A DNA stretch of 64,000 nucleotides from Leucoraja erinacea (taxonomy: Eukaryota). The position numbers were made by a program, and so were the translations under genes. Below, in pieces: positions 1 to 12,887 of the stretch. The stretch spans positions 39,494,001 to 39,558,000 of the forward strand of contig NC_073379.1 in NCBI RefSeq assembly GCF_028641065.1, in the 5' to 3' direction. The notes under the pieces were generated by a model. That model worked only from the letters and a program-made list of their open reading frames with translations. It did no database searches and was not told the origin of the DNA. The first letter of the stretch is position 1, and every line of letters begins with the position of its first letter.

Positions 1-564
1 TTGGCTGAATCAGCCTCCCCTTCTGGCTCCTTCCAATCAGAGCACTGAGGTTCACATTCTCACCAGAACGTCCCGTAACGCCCTTCAACATCCAGGTTAC
101 CTCCCACATCATACATCGCATGTGCATTTAAATTAGACATTTTGTCATGATGGGTGTTGTCGTAATATTCGTAATGCCGTTTCCCCCAGTTCTCGTAATG
201 TTTCTGCTGGACTGCTTATCTTCTAATTCTCAACCTAATGTCACTACCTGTTCTTCTGCTGTTACTAGCAAGCCAAGCGCGGTCGGGTGTTCGTGCTGAA
301 GCTCACTATTATCCTACCTCAGCTATTTCTCAGGATTTCTAGTCTAAATCAACTATCCCTATTAACCCATTTCCTCACAATAACATTTATTATTGTTTTA
401 ATTGGGGTGAGTTTGAGTTTGAGTATGTTTAGTTTATTGTCACGCATACCGAGGTACAGTAAAAAGCTTTTGTTGCGTGAGCCTGAGATGTGTTGTTATT
501 CAGTAGACGCTTGGCATTCTGAAAACTCTAGTTTATTTTAGTTTAGTTTACAGATACAGTGTGG

Positions 565-825
565 AAACAAGCCCTTCGGCTCACTGAGTCTGCGTCAACC
601 AGCAAACCCAGTACATTTTCACTATCCTACACACCAGGGAGAACTTACAACTTTACCAAGCCAATTAACCTACAAACCTGTACGTCTTTGCAGTGTGGGG
701 GGGGGAGGGGGGGGGGGACCAGAGTACCCGAAGAAAACCCATGCAGGTCATGGGGACAATATACAAACTCCGAACGGACAGCACCCGTAGTCGGGATCAA
801 ACCCGGGTCTCTGGCGCTGTAAACT
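565..825 (-). mobile_element. tRNA-derived HE1/V-SINE-like SINE
   Basis: Reverse complement contains CAGCGCCAGAGACCCGGGTTTGATCC (B-box) and the shared core CAAAGACGTACAGGTTTGTAGGTTAATTGG also seen at about 12890 and 19380. Confidence 0.7.
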
Positions 826-1529
826 GTAGGAAGAGCGAGCATTTAGAAAGACCTTGTCCTGGTGTTGCAACCACAATCTTTATCTGGCTGATCCAGTTCT
901 GGTCAACTGTGAGACCAGATTAATAATGGTGAAAGGACTCCATGATGGTCATTCAATTGAACATCACGAATAGGTGATTAGACTCTCTCCTCTTGGAGAT
1001 AGTATTTACCTGGGAGATTGTGGCAAGATATTACTCATGGTCCAGTGTGTAAATATAGTCTGGCTCATGTTGCATGATGGCATGATGGCATGGACAGCTT
1101 CATTTGCTGAGGGGTTGCAAATAGTATTTAACATTGTGGAACTATTTGTAAATTTCAACTCTTTTGACCCAATGATTGATGAAGTCATTGATGAAGCAGC
1201 TGAAAATATATGGCGTCTAGGAACTCCTGCACATTTGTGCCCTGAAGCTGGGATGACTGACCTGTGTCCTTTAGAAAATGACCATAAGACATAGAAGTAA
1301 AATTTGGCCATTCAGCTCATCGAGTCTACTCTACCATTTAATTATGAATGGTTACAGCCAGGAGAGCACTTGACCCATTGAGTCTGTGCCAGCTCTATGC
1401 CAAAGCACACTACAGTTGGATCTGCCTCTATAAAACATCCCTGGAAAAATATTCCACCCCTTCACCACTCACCGTGTTAAAAATCCCATGTTAATTTATT
1501 TTCTTCTGCCAATTCAGTCATACGCTTGT

Positions 1530-2190
1530 CATAGGAACGGAATGACACCATGCAGCTCATTGAGTCAACTCCACCATTCAATCATGGCTGATCATCTTTC
1601 TCTCTCAACCCTTCCTTCTCCCCATACTGATCAAGAACCTATCAATCTCTGCTTTAAAAAAGCCCAGCAACTTGGCCTCCGCAGCTGTCTGTGGCAATGA
1701 ATTCCACAGATTCACCACTCTCTGACTAAAGAAATTCCTCCTCATCTCCATTCTGAAGGATCGTCCATTTATTCGGAGGTTATGCCCTCAGGTTCCAGAC
1801 TCTCCCATTACTGGAAACATCCTTTCCACGTGAACTCTATTATTATTATTATTATTATTATTGCTATTAAATCATTGAAAACATTAGCGACGCAATGGTG
1901 CTGGTTTCCGACGGGCAACCTATCTAGGCCTTTTGTTTTCTGGTAGGTTTACAATAAGATACCCCTCATCCTTCTAAACACCAGTTTATACAGGCCTTCT
2001 ACATGAACCCAATCATCTCCGGGGTTATTCTCGTAAACCATCTCCGTACCCTCTTTAAAGTCAGCACACCCTCCCTCAAATCTGGGACCCAAAACTGCTC
2101 ACAATGTTCCAAATGTTGCCTCACCAGTGTTTGACAAAGCTTCAGCATTACATCCTTGCTAGTATCATCTAGTCCCCTTGAAATGAATGG
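1530..2190 (-). mobile_element. Degraded CR1-type LINE 3' fragment, with a short (ATT)n-tailed insert at about 1838-1920
   Basis: CCATTCAATCATGGCTGATC 3' UTR motif and AATTCCACAGATTCACCAC shared with other CR1 tails in the window. Confidence 0.65.
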
Positions 2191-2261
2191 GAGTTTTTTT
2201 TTCAGGGATGACTGGAAACACCACAGTATTACCAGAAGACAGTAGGTACAAGATCAAAAGA

Positions 2262-2480
2262 GAAGAGGGGTTTTGGCCCGAAACGTTGCCGGTCTGAAGA
2301 AGGGTTTTGGCCCGAAACGTTGCCTATTTCCTTCGCTCCATAGATGCTACTGCACCTGCTGAGTTTCTCCAGCATTTTTGTGTACCATCAAAAGAGAAGA
2401 GTCTGAAGAAAGGTCCTGACCCAAAACGTCACCTATTCATGTTCTCCAGAGATACTACCTGACCCGCAGCATTTTGTGCT
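2262..2480 (+). ncRNA. Cluster of three Penelope-type minimal hammerhead ribozyme motifs
   Basis: CTGAAGA-A-GGGTTTTGGCCC-GAAAC-GTT at 2294-2321, a partial tandem copy at 2262-2290 and a mutated copy at 2403-2430. Confidence 0.6.
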
Positions 2481-3349
2481 TTTTTTTTACTGTAGCATTA
2501 GCTCCTTGAAGTCCATTGGTAAGTGTTGCCTGGGTTTCTTGATGTCACACTCAGAAAAATGCTGCCTTGATGTTTAGATTAATGTTGTGATGGGTCTGGT
2601 GCCAAATGGTCATGGCAACATTTAAATCGAGTATCAGTGAGCTGGTTATTGAGGGTTATTGAGGAGTAAATGCTGTTTGATAACTCTGTTAACAACATTG
2701 CCTACACTTTGCTGATGGCCATTCCGTCACTGTCACAGATAGATAATGTACAGCAGGTCACATTCTTTTCATACGTTAAGTCTCTGGCCAAGGACTAAGG
2801 GAATCAAGAACTGAATGGCATAGGTTTAAAGTGAAAGTGAAAAAAATTTAATAGGGACCTGAAAGGAAACGTTTTCACACAGAGGGTCATGGGCATATGG
2901 AACGATCTGCTTGAGGAAGTAATTGATGTGGGTTCCATTCCAACATTTAAAGGGCATTTAGACAGGTGCATGGAGAAAACTGTTTTAGAGGGACATGGAC
3001 CAAATGACAGCAAAGGGTTTATTTTGGTCAGCACAGGCAAGTTAGGCCAAAGGATGTGTTTCTGTGCTATCTGACTCAATGATCCCAAGACTGAAAGCAG
3101 ACTGATTGCACTGTAATGAGCCACATTCGATTTGTCTTCCATTTTGTGGAAAGATCGGAACTGAGCCATTTTCTTTTTCGTCAGGTTGAAAATGAAGTTG
3201 TAATAATGGAATAGCTTGGCTAGAGGCGCAGCTTGTTCTGAAACACTACACTTCAGCATTACAGCTGGATATTGCGTCTGGCCCTATAGCCTTTGATGCA
3301 TCCAGTGAATAGTGAGCATTGAGTGCGGGGTACAATAAGCTGACTCTGT

Positions 3350-3486
3350 TTATTCTTCTTACGTATGGCGTGCACAACCTAAAGTTGTAGGTCAACTTGT
3401 TCTATTTGATCTTGTTTGTGCACGTCGGGTTGATTGCATTAGTCGAAACGGGGTGGACCACGTGAAGGTTGCAATCTCCCACCCCA
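3350..3486 (-). mobile_element. 3' end of a Vingi/Ingi- or RTE-like non-LTR element
   Basis: Minus strand ends ...GCACGCCATACGTAAGAAGAA, a (GAA)n-type tail; CpG-retaining. Confidence 0.35.
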
Positions 3487-3859
3487 CTGACGCTGCTTGT
3501 ACAGTGTAGGAAGGAACTGCAGTTGCTGGTTTACACCGAAGATAGACACAAAATGTTGAAGCAACTCAGCAGTTCAGGCAGCATCACTGGAGAAAATGAA
3601 TAGGTGACCTTTTGGGTCAGGACCATTCTTCAGACTGAGTGTCAGGGGAGAGGGAAACTAGAGATAAGGAAAGGTACAAAGAACAGATGAATAAAAAGTA
3701 TGAAAAGAACTTCAAACCCAGCAACAATTATCAAGCAAAGGTGAAACCCACAAGCCTTTGCTTGTACAGTCTTAAATGCTGTCAAGTGAGGAAGAATTTT
3801 TGGGTAACCATTTTAACATGTCCGAGTCAGAGAAACTAGGCCTGCTGCCAGTTTCTTTA

Positions 3860-4380
3860 TGGGCCTGTCGTACTAGGATGACCTAATCCACGAGTTTAGA
3901 AGACCCTAGACGAGTTGAAAAAAAAGTCAAGGTCGTGTGGACTCGCCGAAGTAAAAGGCCTCCTACGACTATGTCAATGACCTTCTAAGAACCCCGTCGA
4001 CCTCAGTCTTCCACACCTAAGACCAACTACGACTAGCTACGATTGGCAAATGATCATATGATAAAATGATGCCATGTTTTCATTTTTTTTCTCGGGCCAG
4101 TTACCGACCTACGACTACCATCATGACCTAACTACGACCTACCGACGAGTAAAAAGTATCAATTGTTTCCATGCCGACCTTTTTTTACTCGTGGACATTT
4201 TTTATCAGGCTGGAAAAAATGCCGCAACCTACTTGAGGCCACGAGTACGCGGAGACCACTCACGAGCATGAGGAAGAGTTTCGAAGGTCTCCTACGACCT
4301 TGTGGCGACCATGCTGCGAGTATGTCAAGGGCAAACTCGGCAGAGGTCGCCAATCAGATTGTGAAAGTGGGGCAGGGGCT
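3860..4380. mobile_element. PIF/Harbinger-like MITE
   Basis: Imperfect TIRs (TGGGCCTGTCGTACT ... AGTGGGGCAGGGGCT), TTA on both flanks, internal ACGAC-rich subrepeats. Confidence 0.6.
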
Positions 4381-4525
4381 TTAGTTTGAGGGTGTGGTTG
4401 TACTTGCCTGCACCCTCCATTCATATGATTGTTTTATGGGATAAAGAGCCTTGAGGCTCAGAACATTCTGTCAGTGTTTTGATGACTGTTCAGCAGGTAC
4501 AGCACAGGAGAGCATTTGAACCATT

Positions 4526-7120
4526 AAGTCAATGGTTCACTGATGTCAATGAAGTTGTTGCAGGCCTCAGTTAAGTCTGTTGCCTTGTCCTTAGGTAAAG
4601 TCACCGACATGTGAACTGAGTCAATGGTGAACCCTAAGTAATCCATAGTTGTGGAAGGTGTCAGCTTAGATTTAACTGGATGGGTGATAAATCCCTTTTC
4701 TCAAACAATTGTTTGGTGGCTGATACAGCTGATTTGGCTGAATCCAAAGTTTTCCCCACAATTAATATATCATCTAGGTAAGCCATGACCATATGTTTTT
4801 GTTTCCGAAGAAACGCTAGGGCTGGTTTTAAAATTTTAGTAAATAGTCTGGGGGCGGATGTTAATCCATTAGGTAGTGCTCTATACTGCCAGATCTGCCC
4901 CATCCAGTTAAACTTTAAATAACTTCTGTGATCCTTCCGTATAGGCACCGAATAGTATGCATCTTTTAAATCGATGCAAGCCATGAAGTAGCCTTTGGAA
5001 ATCAATTGTTTGGCTGTAACAAAGGTTTCCATTTTGAAATGAATATACTGCACAAATGTATTCAGTTTGGTCAAATCTATAATAATGCGGCAACCACCAT
5101 CTTTTTTGTTTTTTGTAAAGATATTTGACACAAATTCCAGAGTCGTGTTGAGTTTTCTCAATGACCCCCTTAGCATATAGCCTCTCCAGTTCAGCATGAG
5201 CTTACAGTTTTTCTTGTCGCGAAAGCACGAATGTTCGGTTCGGTACATGCTGAGCCGGAGGATAGTTTTTGTGCACAGATTCGATTGTATATCCCTGAAT
5301 ACTATGCAGGATATAAGTGTCAGTAGTTATTGCACTCCATGCCTCCCAAAAAAAGTGTAACCTACCACCAATTTGTGTATTATTTACACTTCCTGTTTTT
5401 TGGAAGGAACCAGACCCACCTACCTCCATGGTTACCAGTGGAAAGTTTATTTCTTCCTGTTCTGTCGCCGTAGAGGTTGAGGCGCCGGAGTGTGGGGTTT
5501 GCGCATCTTCCACGAAGGCCGGTCTGGGCCATGGCCTAAAAAAGACCTTTGTCCTGTTTGCCCGGCCCTTGAGCTTTCACCAGCTTCTTTGTGTCTTGCT
5601 CTGCTGGTGGGTGCGTAGGGGTGCTGTCGCCGTGTGTAAGAGGTCCTGCCCATTGCCGTCTTTATGAGCCCGACGGCTTTAGCCTCATCGTCAAGCTCTT
5701 TTACCTGTTTTGACAGGTTGCCCCCAAATAGTAATATTGGTGGATCAACAACGCAGGGTCCTGTGACTCTGCCCGGCTCAACCTGCGGACTCGGGAACTG
5801 CGGACTCCGGCTGCAGGAGGCGGCTGATCGGGAGGTCCAGGCCGCTGAGGAGGAGGATGTTCACCGTCGGGGTTCGGCGTCGGCGTTCCACTAGCCCGGC
5901 GTGAGGGCCTGAACATCGGGCCACCCGGGGCGGCGACTGCGGGTGCTCGGAAGGCCCCGACCACGGATGAACATCTGGGAAGATCGGAGGGGAGGCTGGC
6001 TGGACAATGGTGCCTTCCTCACCTTGGTGCCACTGTGTTGTGTTGTGTCGTGGACTTTCTGTGTGCTTTTTTTTAAATTCTATTTTATTTTTTTAATATG
6101 TTTTAATATTTATTATTTATTTATTTTATGATACTGACTGTAAAGAGAAATTCATTTTGTTGTCTCTAATTGAGACAATGACAATAAATTTGAATACAAT
6201 ACAATACAATACAATTAGTACCTCCAGGTTTGCACAGCCCTGCAAACTTGGGGTTTAAGGCTGGGTGGATGGCGTTCTTCCTGAGACTATTAATCTTGTA
6301 CTGCGTATTGCAGAATAATGCCAGAGTGTCTTGCTGTGGTTCCGACATCTCCTTTCCATTCACTGACCGGGCAAATGCTGTGATCCCTGCAGTCAATAGT
6401 TTTAGGATTTTTTGAAGCTTGACCTCCTGGCTTCTGACTCCCGCTCCAATGTATCCCAGAATGCAACTGTTCACCACGGGAACGTTGAGAGATACACAAT
6501 TTACCGGTGCCAAATATTTGGCAGTAGTGTCCATCACAGCCTGTTCTTGTAGTGGTTTAAATGAGAGGTAGTCAATACTAGATGCTAATTTTAGTTCTAA
6601 TGGCTGTCCAGTCTGCTCTGGTTGTGCAAATTTGGACACCACTTCCAGCAGGGTTTCTTGTTTTTGCACCCCCTGCACACTTGTTGTTTCTTCAGCAAAC
6701 CCCTCTTCAGAGCCAGCCCAGAATTGGCTCCTAGTGCTCCCCTCTGTCGAGGGAGATGCACTATGCAGCCCTGGACATGGTGACTAGACTCCATCTCCCG
6801 GAGTTTGTCACGGTGGAGCACCTGCTCCATAAGCCGCTCCATGCGCCCAAGCGATCACGGTCGCAAGCCGCCCGCGGCATTCCCTCGCAGTCCAACTCGT
6901 CTGAGTCAACGGCCCTGTCAGTCTTCCGTTTGGCCTTCCCGCCCGGCCGTGGTGTTGATCTGGCCGGCGCAGGTGCCAAGTCGGGCACAGCTGATCGCAC
7001 TATAGACGATTCTGGTGCAGTCGGCCGCTGCTGGCTGCCCGCAACTCCGCGGTCCTCCCCAGCCAGCTTTATCGCAGCCCTTGTGGACTTCTTCGTTTTG
7101 TCCATAGTTTCCCCCTGTAA
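4526..7120 (-). mobile_element. Truncated DIRS-group (tyrosine-recombinase) retrotransposon: gag-like ORF plus RT
   Basis: RT ORF 4661..5248 (KKDGGCRIIIDL..FKMET..IDLKDAYYSVPI..LPNGLTSAPRLFTK..YLDDILI), upstream GGRLHFFWEAW, and gag-like ORFs 6166..7105 continuing as LLFGGNLSKQVKELD. RNase H and recombinase regions are absent. Confidence 0.85.
5747..6215 (+). mobile_element. GC-rich non-autonomous retroelement (3' part) inserted in the DIRS gag
   Basis: Interrupts the gag frame; ends in a stem-loop, TGACAATAAA and (AATAC)n. Confidence 0.65.
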
Positions 7121-7181
7121 TACAGGGGGAAACTATGGTGTCCAAATTTTTTCCTTCTAATTAGAATGTTGAAAGCTTTAA

Positions 7182-7375
7182 TATTTTGAAGCTGTTTTTT
7201 AAAAGGTTAATAACTTGAGAAATATAGGTTGAAATGCGACGGGAAGATATGTATCCGGTCGGGGGAGAAAATGTGAGTAGCACGTGTGAAAATGGGAAGG
7301 CTGGGGCCAAGCGTTTGGAAGAAGATACAAATTAAGGAGATGAAAAGAAAGTCAACATAACCCTGGCTCACACAG
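7182..7375. repeat. 194-bp direct repeat, copy 1
   Basis: Matches 9455-9648 with two visible mismatches. Confidence 0.95.
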
Positions 7376-9454
7376 TTATTTGTATTCATCAAATACTTTT
7401 CCCATCTATCCTTCGAGATCTTTATCATTAGCTCGTGTTCCCAATCTTCCCTTAGTGCTTCTGTTGAGGGTGATTCTCTATTTAATATATTATTATAAAA
7501 GTATGATATTAATTTTTGTGAATCAGCCTTAATATTCATTGCTTCTTCTAAAGGGTCTAAAAATATAGTTTGAAATCTATGTGTATATTTCTTCATAAAG
7601 TCACATACCTGTATATATTTAAAATATTGATTATCCTTCAATTTAAATTTTAATTTTTATTGTTGAAATGATAACAGTTTGCCCACTTCATACATATCCC
7701 CTACTTTCCTAATCCCCAGTCTATCCCATTGTTGTTATGTGTTGTCGATGAGAGAAGGTTTGAATGCGGGGTTGTTCAATAGTGGGGTTAGTACTGATAA
7801 ATTATTTAATTTCAAGGATACTTTTATTTGTTTCCAAATTCTTATTATATTGTGAATAATTGGGTTCTTCTTATATATTATACTATTCAATTTTATCGGT
7901 GAGAGCAGGATCGTTCCTATATCGTGCGGATAGCACTCCTCTTTCTCCATTCTTATCCACTCCAACTGCTGAATGGAACTATCCAGCCAGTACATTATGT
8001 TCTTAATATGCACAGCCCAGTAGTAATACATAAAGTTAGGTAATGATAAACCCCCAACTTCTTTAGATTTGCACAAACGCTTTTGTTGAATTCTATGTGT
8101 TCTGTAGTCCCATATAAAATGAGTGATAGTGGAATCTTTGAAAAAATATTTTGGAATATATATTGGGATCGCTTGAAACAAATATATTAATTGTGGTAAG
8201 AAAGTCATTTTTATAGCGTTAATTCTACCTATCAATGAGAGCGGAAGCGTTTTCCAAAATTTAATCGTATCATTCAGTTTATTTAATAGTGGTATAAAAT
8301 TGGCACTAAATAATGATTTGTGTCTTCTCGTAATTTGAATACCCAGATACTTGAATTTTTCTGTTGCAATTTTGAAGGGGAATTTTAGTAAGTGTCTCGA
8401 ATCCTGTGGTTTTAAAGACATAATTTCGTTTTTATTCCAATTTATTCTATATCCTGAAAAAGAGCCGAATTCCTCAATTAGTGTTAATAAGGTGGGTATA
8501 ATCGTTTGTGTATTAGTAATATATAAAAGGATATCTTCAGCATATAATTAAATTTTATTCTTTGAGTCCTTGGTGTTATATCCGTGAATATTCGGGTGAT
8601 TTCTAATCCTTTCGGCCAGCGGTTCTATCATAAGGGCAAATAGCAATGGTGATAAGGCACACCCTTGCCTATTACCCCTTGATAAGTAAAATTTTGGAGA
8701 TAGCGTATTGTTAGTTAATATTCTTGCCGTAGGTCTATCGTAAAGTAGTTTAACCCATCTAATAAAATTCTCTCCCGTATTAAATTTCAAGATTCAAGAT
8801 AGATTTAATTGTCACATGTGCCAGATGGCACAGTGAAATGAATTCCCATACAGCCATACAATAAAAATAAACAGGACTCAACACACTATAGAATTTAACA
8901 CAAAAAACATCCCCACACAGCAGAATCAAAGTTTCCCACTGTGTGGCAAGGCACCAAAGTCAGTCTTCTTCCTCCACTGTTCCCCGTGGTCAGTGGAGTG
9001 CCTTGTATAAATACTGCCATTCTACTTGATCAAATGCCTTCTCTGCATCCAACGTGACAACTGAAATATCTTCATTGTCCTCATTATGAGAGTACATTAT
9101 ATTGAAAAGCCTTCTCAAATTATTAAATGATTGTCTTTTGGGTATAAATCCCGTTTGATCCATATTTATTAAATTGTTAATATAATTATTTAGCCTTCTA
9201 GCTAGAATCTTTGCTAAAATTTTCTGATCCGTATTTAGAAGTGAAATAGCTCTATAAGAACCCGGTTCATCTAAGTCTTTATCTTTTTTTGGTATAAGCG
9301 TTATTGTTGCTTCTGCTAGGGTTTCTGGTAGTTTATTTTCAGTATAAGCCTGCATGTATAAATTGAATAATCTTGGTACAATTGACTCCTGACATTTTTT
9401 ATAAAATTCATTACTAAAACCGTCTGGTCCTGGGGTCTTCACATTTTTCAGTAT
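7376..9454 (-). mobile_element. Internal L1-clade LINE ORF2 (RT) fragment, frameshifted, with a nested insert at about 8788-8995
   Basis: KTPGPDGFSNEFYK, SYRAISLLNTDQKILAK, DQTGFI, LDAEKAFDQVEW, GNRQGCALSPLLF, FKYLGI, GGLSLPNF. Confidence 0.9.
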
Positions 9455-9648
9455 TATTTTGAAGCTGTTTTTTAAAAGGTTAATAACTTGAGAAATATAG
9501 GTTGAAATGCGACGGGAAGATATGTATCCGGTCGGGGGAGAAAATGTGAGTAGCACGTGTGAAAATGAGAAGGCTGGGGCCATGCGTTTGGAAGAAGATA
9601 CAAATTAAGGAGATGAAAAGAAAGTCAACATAACCCTGGCTCACACAG
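9455..9648. repeat. 194-bp direct repeat, copy 2
   Basis: Matches 7182-7375. Confidence 0.95.
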
Positions 9649-10386
9649 ACATTTAAAATGTTGAGAACAAAGGGAAGTGTTTAAGTATAATAGAGATATT
9701 TATGTGACTCAGCAGAAGACGCCCAAGATTGTAATTTACTTTTATTTTAAAGACAATTAATAAAATACAGCAATCCTGCAGAACGTGAAAGTCAGGCCAC
9801 TACAATAGAATGTAGTTAATCGTCCTATTTTGCAGCAACTGCTTGTTAATAATAATTAGTCAAATTTTCATAAATTCAAAAGATAATATTTAATGTGGAT
9901 GCTGCAATAATCATTGCTAAATCGTAAATATGGTTAGGTCACATTTTGTCCATGCATTCCAGGGCATCAGTTTGATTGTCTGATAATTGTTGCGGGGTGG
10001 GAAATAGACAATAGGCGCAGGAATAGGCCATTTGGCCCTTCAAGCCAGCGCCGCCATTCACTGTGATCATGGCTGATCATCCTGAAACCTGTCTTTACAC
10101 TTGAGTGCTAAGCGTGTGCAAGCTCACCATCGCATAGCCGATTCAGGATATAAACCCGAGTGTGCAAGAGATGAGTGTAACTGAAAGGCAACACTCTTGC
10201 AATAATCTCTCTACCCATTTTCTTTCACAATATCATTCTGGCAGTACTGCATGTTCCTGTCTGAGCCAAGAAGGTTAACGGCAACGTGGCTTAGTTGATG
10301 TGCATGTCAGACACATTAAACCCAGTATACATTTATGTAGCCACCCATGACAATGATTAAGCTGTGTTGGCATACCCTTTGTGGCT

Positions 10387-10684
10387 TCAATCCTCAAGAT
10401 TCAGAGAGGAAATATTTAGCTCTCCCTGTGTAGCAATTAGTTTGCTCTTCAAAGGTTTTGATTTCTGCAATGCTGTGTCATTTTCATGGGTGTTTAGATG
10501 AGTTGAACTCTCATTGGATTTGGCTTCGTCATTAACATCACTGCCGTCATCACCATTGAGGTCAGAGTCATCAGTGCTATCAGCATCTCCATCCTCATCG
10601 TCTTCGCTTCCCTTTACGCAACCTCTTGTGCCAGGATTTGTTTCAGCTTCATCTTGTTTGGTTTGGGTTTCTGAAGAAGTCAAC
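10387..10684 (-). CDS. C9orf85: C9orf85 homolog, terminal coding exon (acidic low-complexity tail)
   Basis: Pyrimidine tract plus CCCAG acceptor. The phase-2 join CC|G continues in frame into ORF 10387..10683 (LTSSETQ...SEDDEDGDADSTDDSD...NLED*), consistent with the acidic C-terminus of the family. Confidence 0.8.
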
Positions 10685-10732
10685 CTGGGAAGTGGGTGAG
10701 TAAAGCTTTATTATTCAGCAAGCATAAACCAG

Positions 10733-10767
10733 TGGGGGGGGGGGGGGGGGGGGGGGTGGGGGGGGGA
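10733..10767 (+). repeat. Poly-G tract (poly-C on the C9orf85 sense strand) about 50 nt upstream of the last acceptor
   Basis: Directly visible homopolymer with one interruption. Confidence 0.9.
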
Positions 10768-12887
10768 AATTGCATTTATGCCCATGGTCATTGAAAGACA
10801 ATTCTTTTTTTTTTTTTTAAGAAGAATAGTCACAGTTGCAAGAGCAACTTGCATAAATTAGGATCCACAAAGAGAATGCATAAATAATAATCAGAACATT
10901 GGATTTTAGACTATTTCTTATATATTTGTATGTTCAAGGAAAGAGGGTATGACTGACGAATCCAGCATTAATTGTCCATCTTCATTTGCTCTTGAAGTTA
11001 CTGAGCCGGCCTTTTCAGAGGCAGTTACGAGTCAACCAGACTGCTCTGAGGCTGAAGTTTCATGGAGATCAGACAGGGCAAGGACTGAAGAAGGTTTGAA
11101 GAAGGGCCCCGACCCTAAATGTCACCCATCCTTTCTCTCCAGAGATATTTTCTGACCGCTGAGTTACTGCAGCACTGTGTTTATTCAGTGTAAGGACACC
11201 AGATGTTTCATGAAGATGAAGAAGGGTTTTCTGATAGTCTGACTGTTTCAGAACTGATATGAACTTATTAGTCTTGCTTAATTTTAAATTATTCCGCTTT
11301 AGTTTATACACTGTTTAATGGTGTTTTGCATTTTCCCATCATATTGTTTTAATGATCATTATCATGTATACTATGTATACTGTGAGGTTCAGGTGACCAA
11401 GGAATTCCATTGCACCAGTATATATAACAAACTAAATCTAATGTGATCTAATTGTGTAGATGGACCTCGATAGAACACACTGATTCAGTGGAAGACATGC
11501 CTTTCCCAGGATTTAGGCACCAAGCATCCACTAGGGAGACCAACTTCCCACATAATAAAGGGGGAGCTGGGTATTGTTATTTTTTCAAAACCAAGAAAAG
11601 CTTCAAACTTTTTCTAAGGTTTATTGTGACCTCACCTACAGCTCAGAAACTCCTATTTATGCACAGGCTCTAATCACAAGGGATTGGACCAGTTCCAGAC
11701 CATGTGTGTTTCTCAGACTCTGCTGTCATCGTTGTTTACATTGCTGGTAAGGCAGGAACAGGTACCCGTGTTGCACAGCTGGGGTCAGTGGTCCTTGTGG
11801 TTTCTCCCAGACACGACCCAGCATCAACCCGAGAGGCTGCAGGCTCTCCGGATGCAATGCTGGAACCCCCGCAGAACTGGCTCTGCACAATCATAAGAGA
11901 TAGGAACAGGATAAGGCCATTTGGCCCATCAAGTCTACTCCGCCATTCAATCATGGCTGATCTATCTCTCCTTCCTAACTCCATTTTCCTGCCTGCCCCC
12001 ATAACCTGACACTCCTTCCAATTAAGAATTTATCCACAGAGCCATAATCACAGCTAGGATTTGGGAGGGAAATCTCAGCCAAGCTCTGTTCACTGGTATT
12101 TCTCTGCATAAGTGAGAGCAGTTTCTACGACCTAGGAAGGATTTCTTTGGGAGTTACAGAATAATGTAGAAACTTGCGTAGGAAGGAACTGCAGATGCTG
12201 GTCTACTCTGAAGATAGACACAAAATATTGGAGGCAGCATCTCTAGATTGAAGGAATGGGTGACGTATCGGGTGGAGACCCTTCTTCAGACTGATCAAGT
12301 AAAGATGTGGGAGTAGGAGCCTGGAAAACAGAAGTTATTGAAGAGACGGCATGTGAGGTGTCTTGGACCTAGGTCAGGAGGGATTGGACTGGGGGGGGAG
12401 GGGGGAGATAGCATGGAGTCGAGTTATGTGGAAATTAATTCAGTGGGACAGGAGCAAGCAGAAACAATGGGTCTGCCCATTGCCCAGTTATGAAAATTGC
12501 CCAGTTATGTCAAATTCATAGAGGAATACAATACAGAAAAAGGCCCTTCGGCCCACTGTGTCCATGCTGAGCACGAGCACAAGCGACAAACATGCACGTA
12601 TCAGGAAATTTGGGAAGCTGTGCAAACCACAATTCCCAGATTACCCGGCAGCTATGACCTTTCATGGAAGCAGTCATAGAGTTTGGTTCACCAGCACTAC
12701 TGAACGAAATCTTCCCAATGAACGTGTGCCTGGGTCCTTTAAAAAAAAAAGGACAGTGCTTGCTCCAGGTGCAGTAAACCAATTCCATTCAGTTGTGAGA
12801 AACATCTGCCAGTGTGTTAAATATGAGCCTTTTTTTAAACGTTAATCGAGGTTTCACAAGCTTTTAATAAAATATTTCCTTTTTTGA

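Noticed and set aside
7182-9648. Canonical LTR retrotransposon
   Set aside because: The interior is non-LTR L1 sequence, and no PBS, polypurine tract, clean TG..CA ends or TSD were seen.
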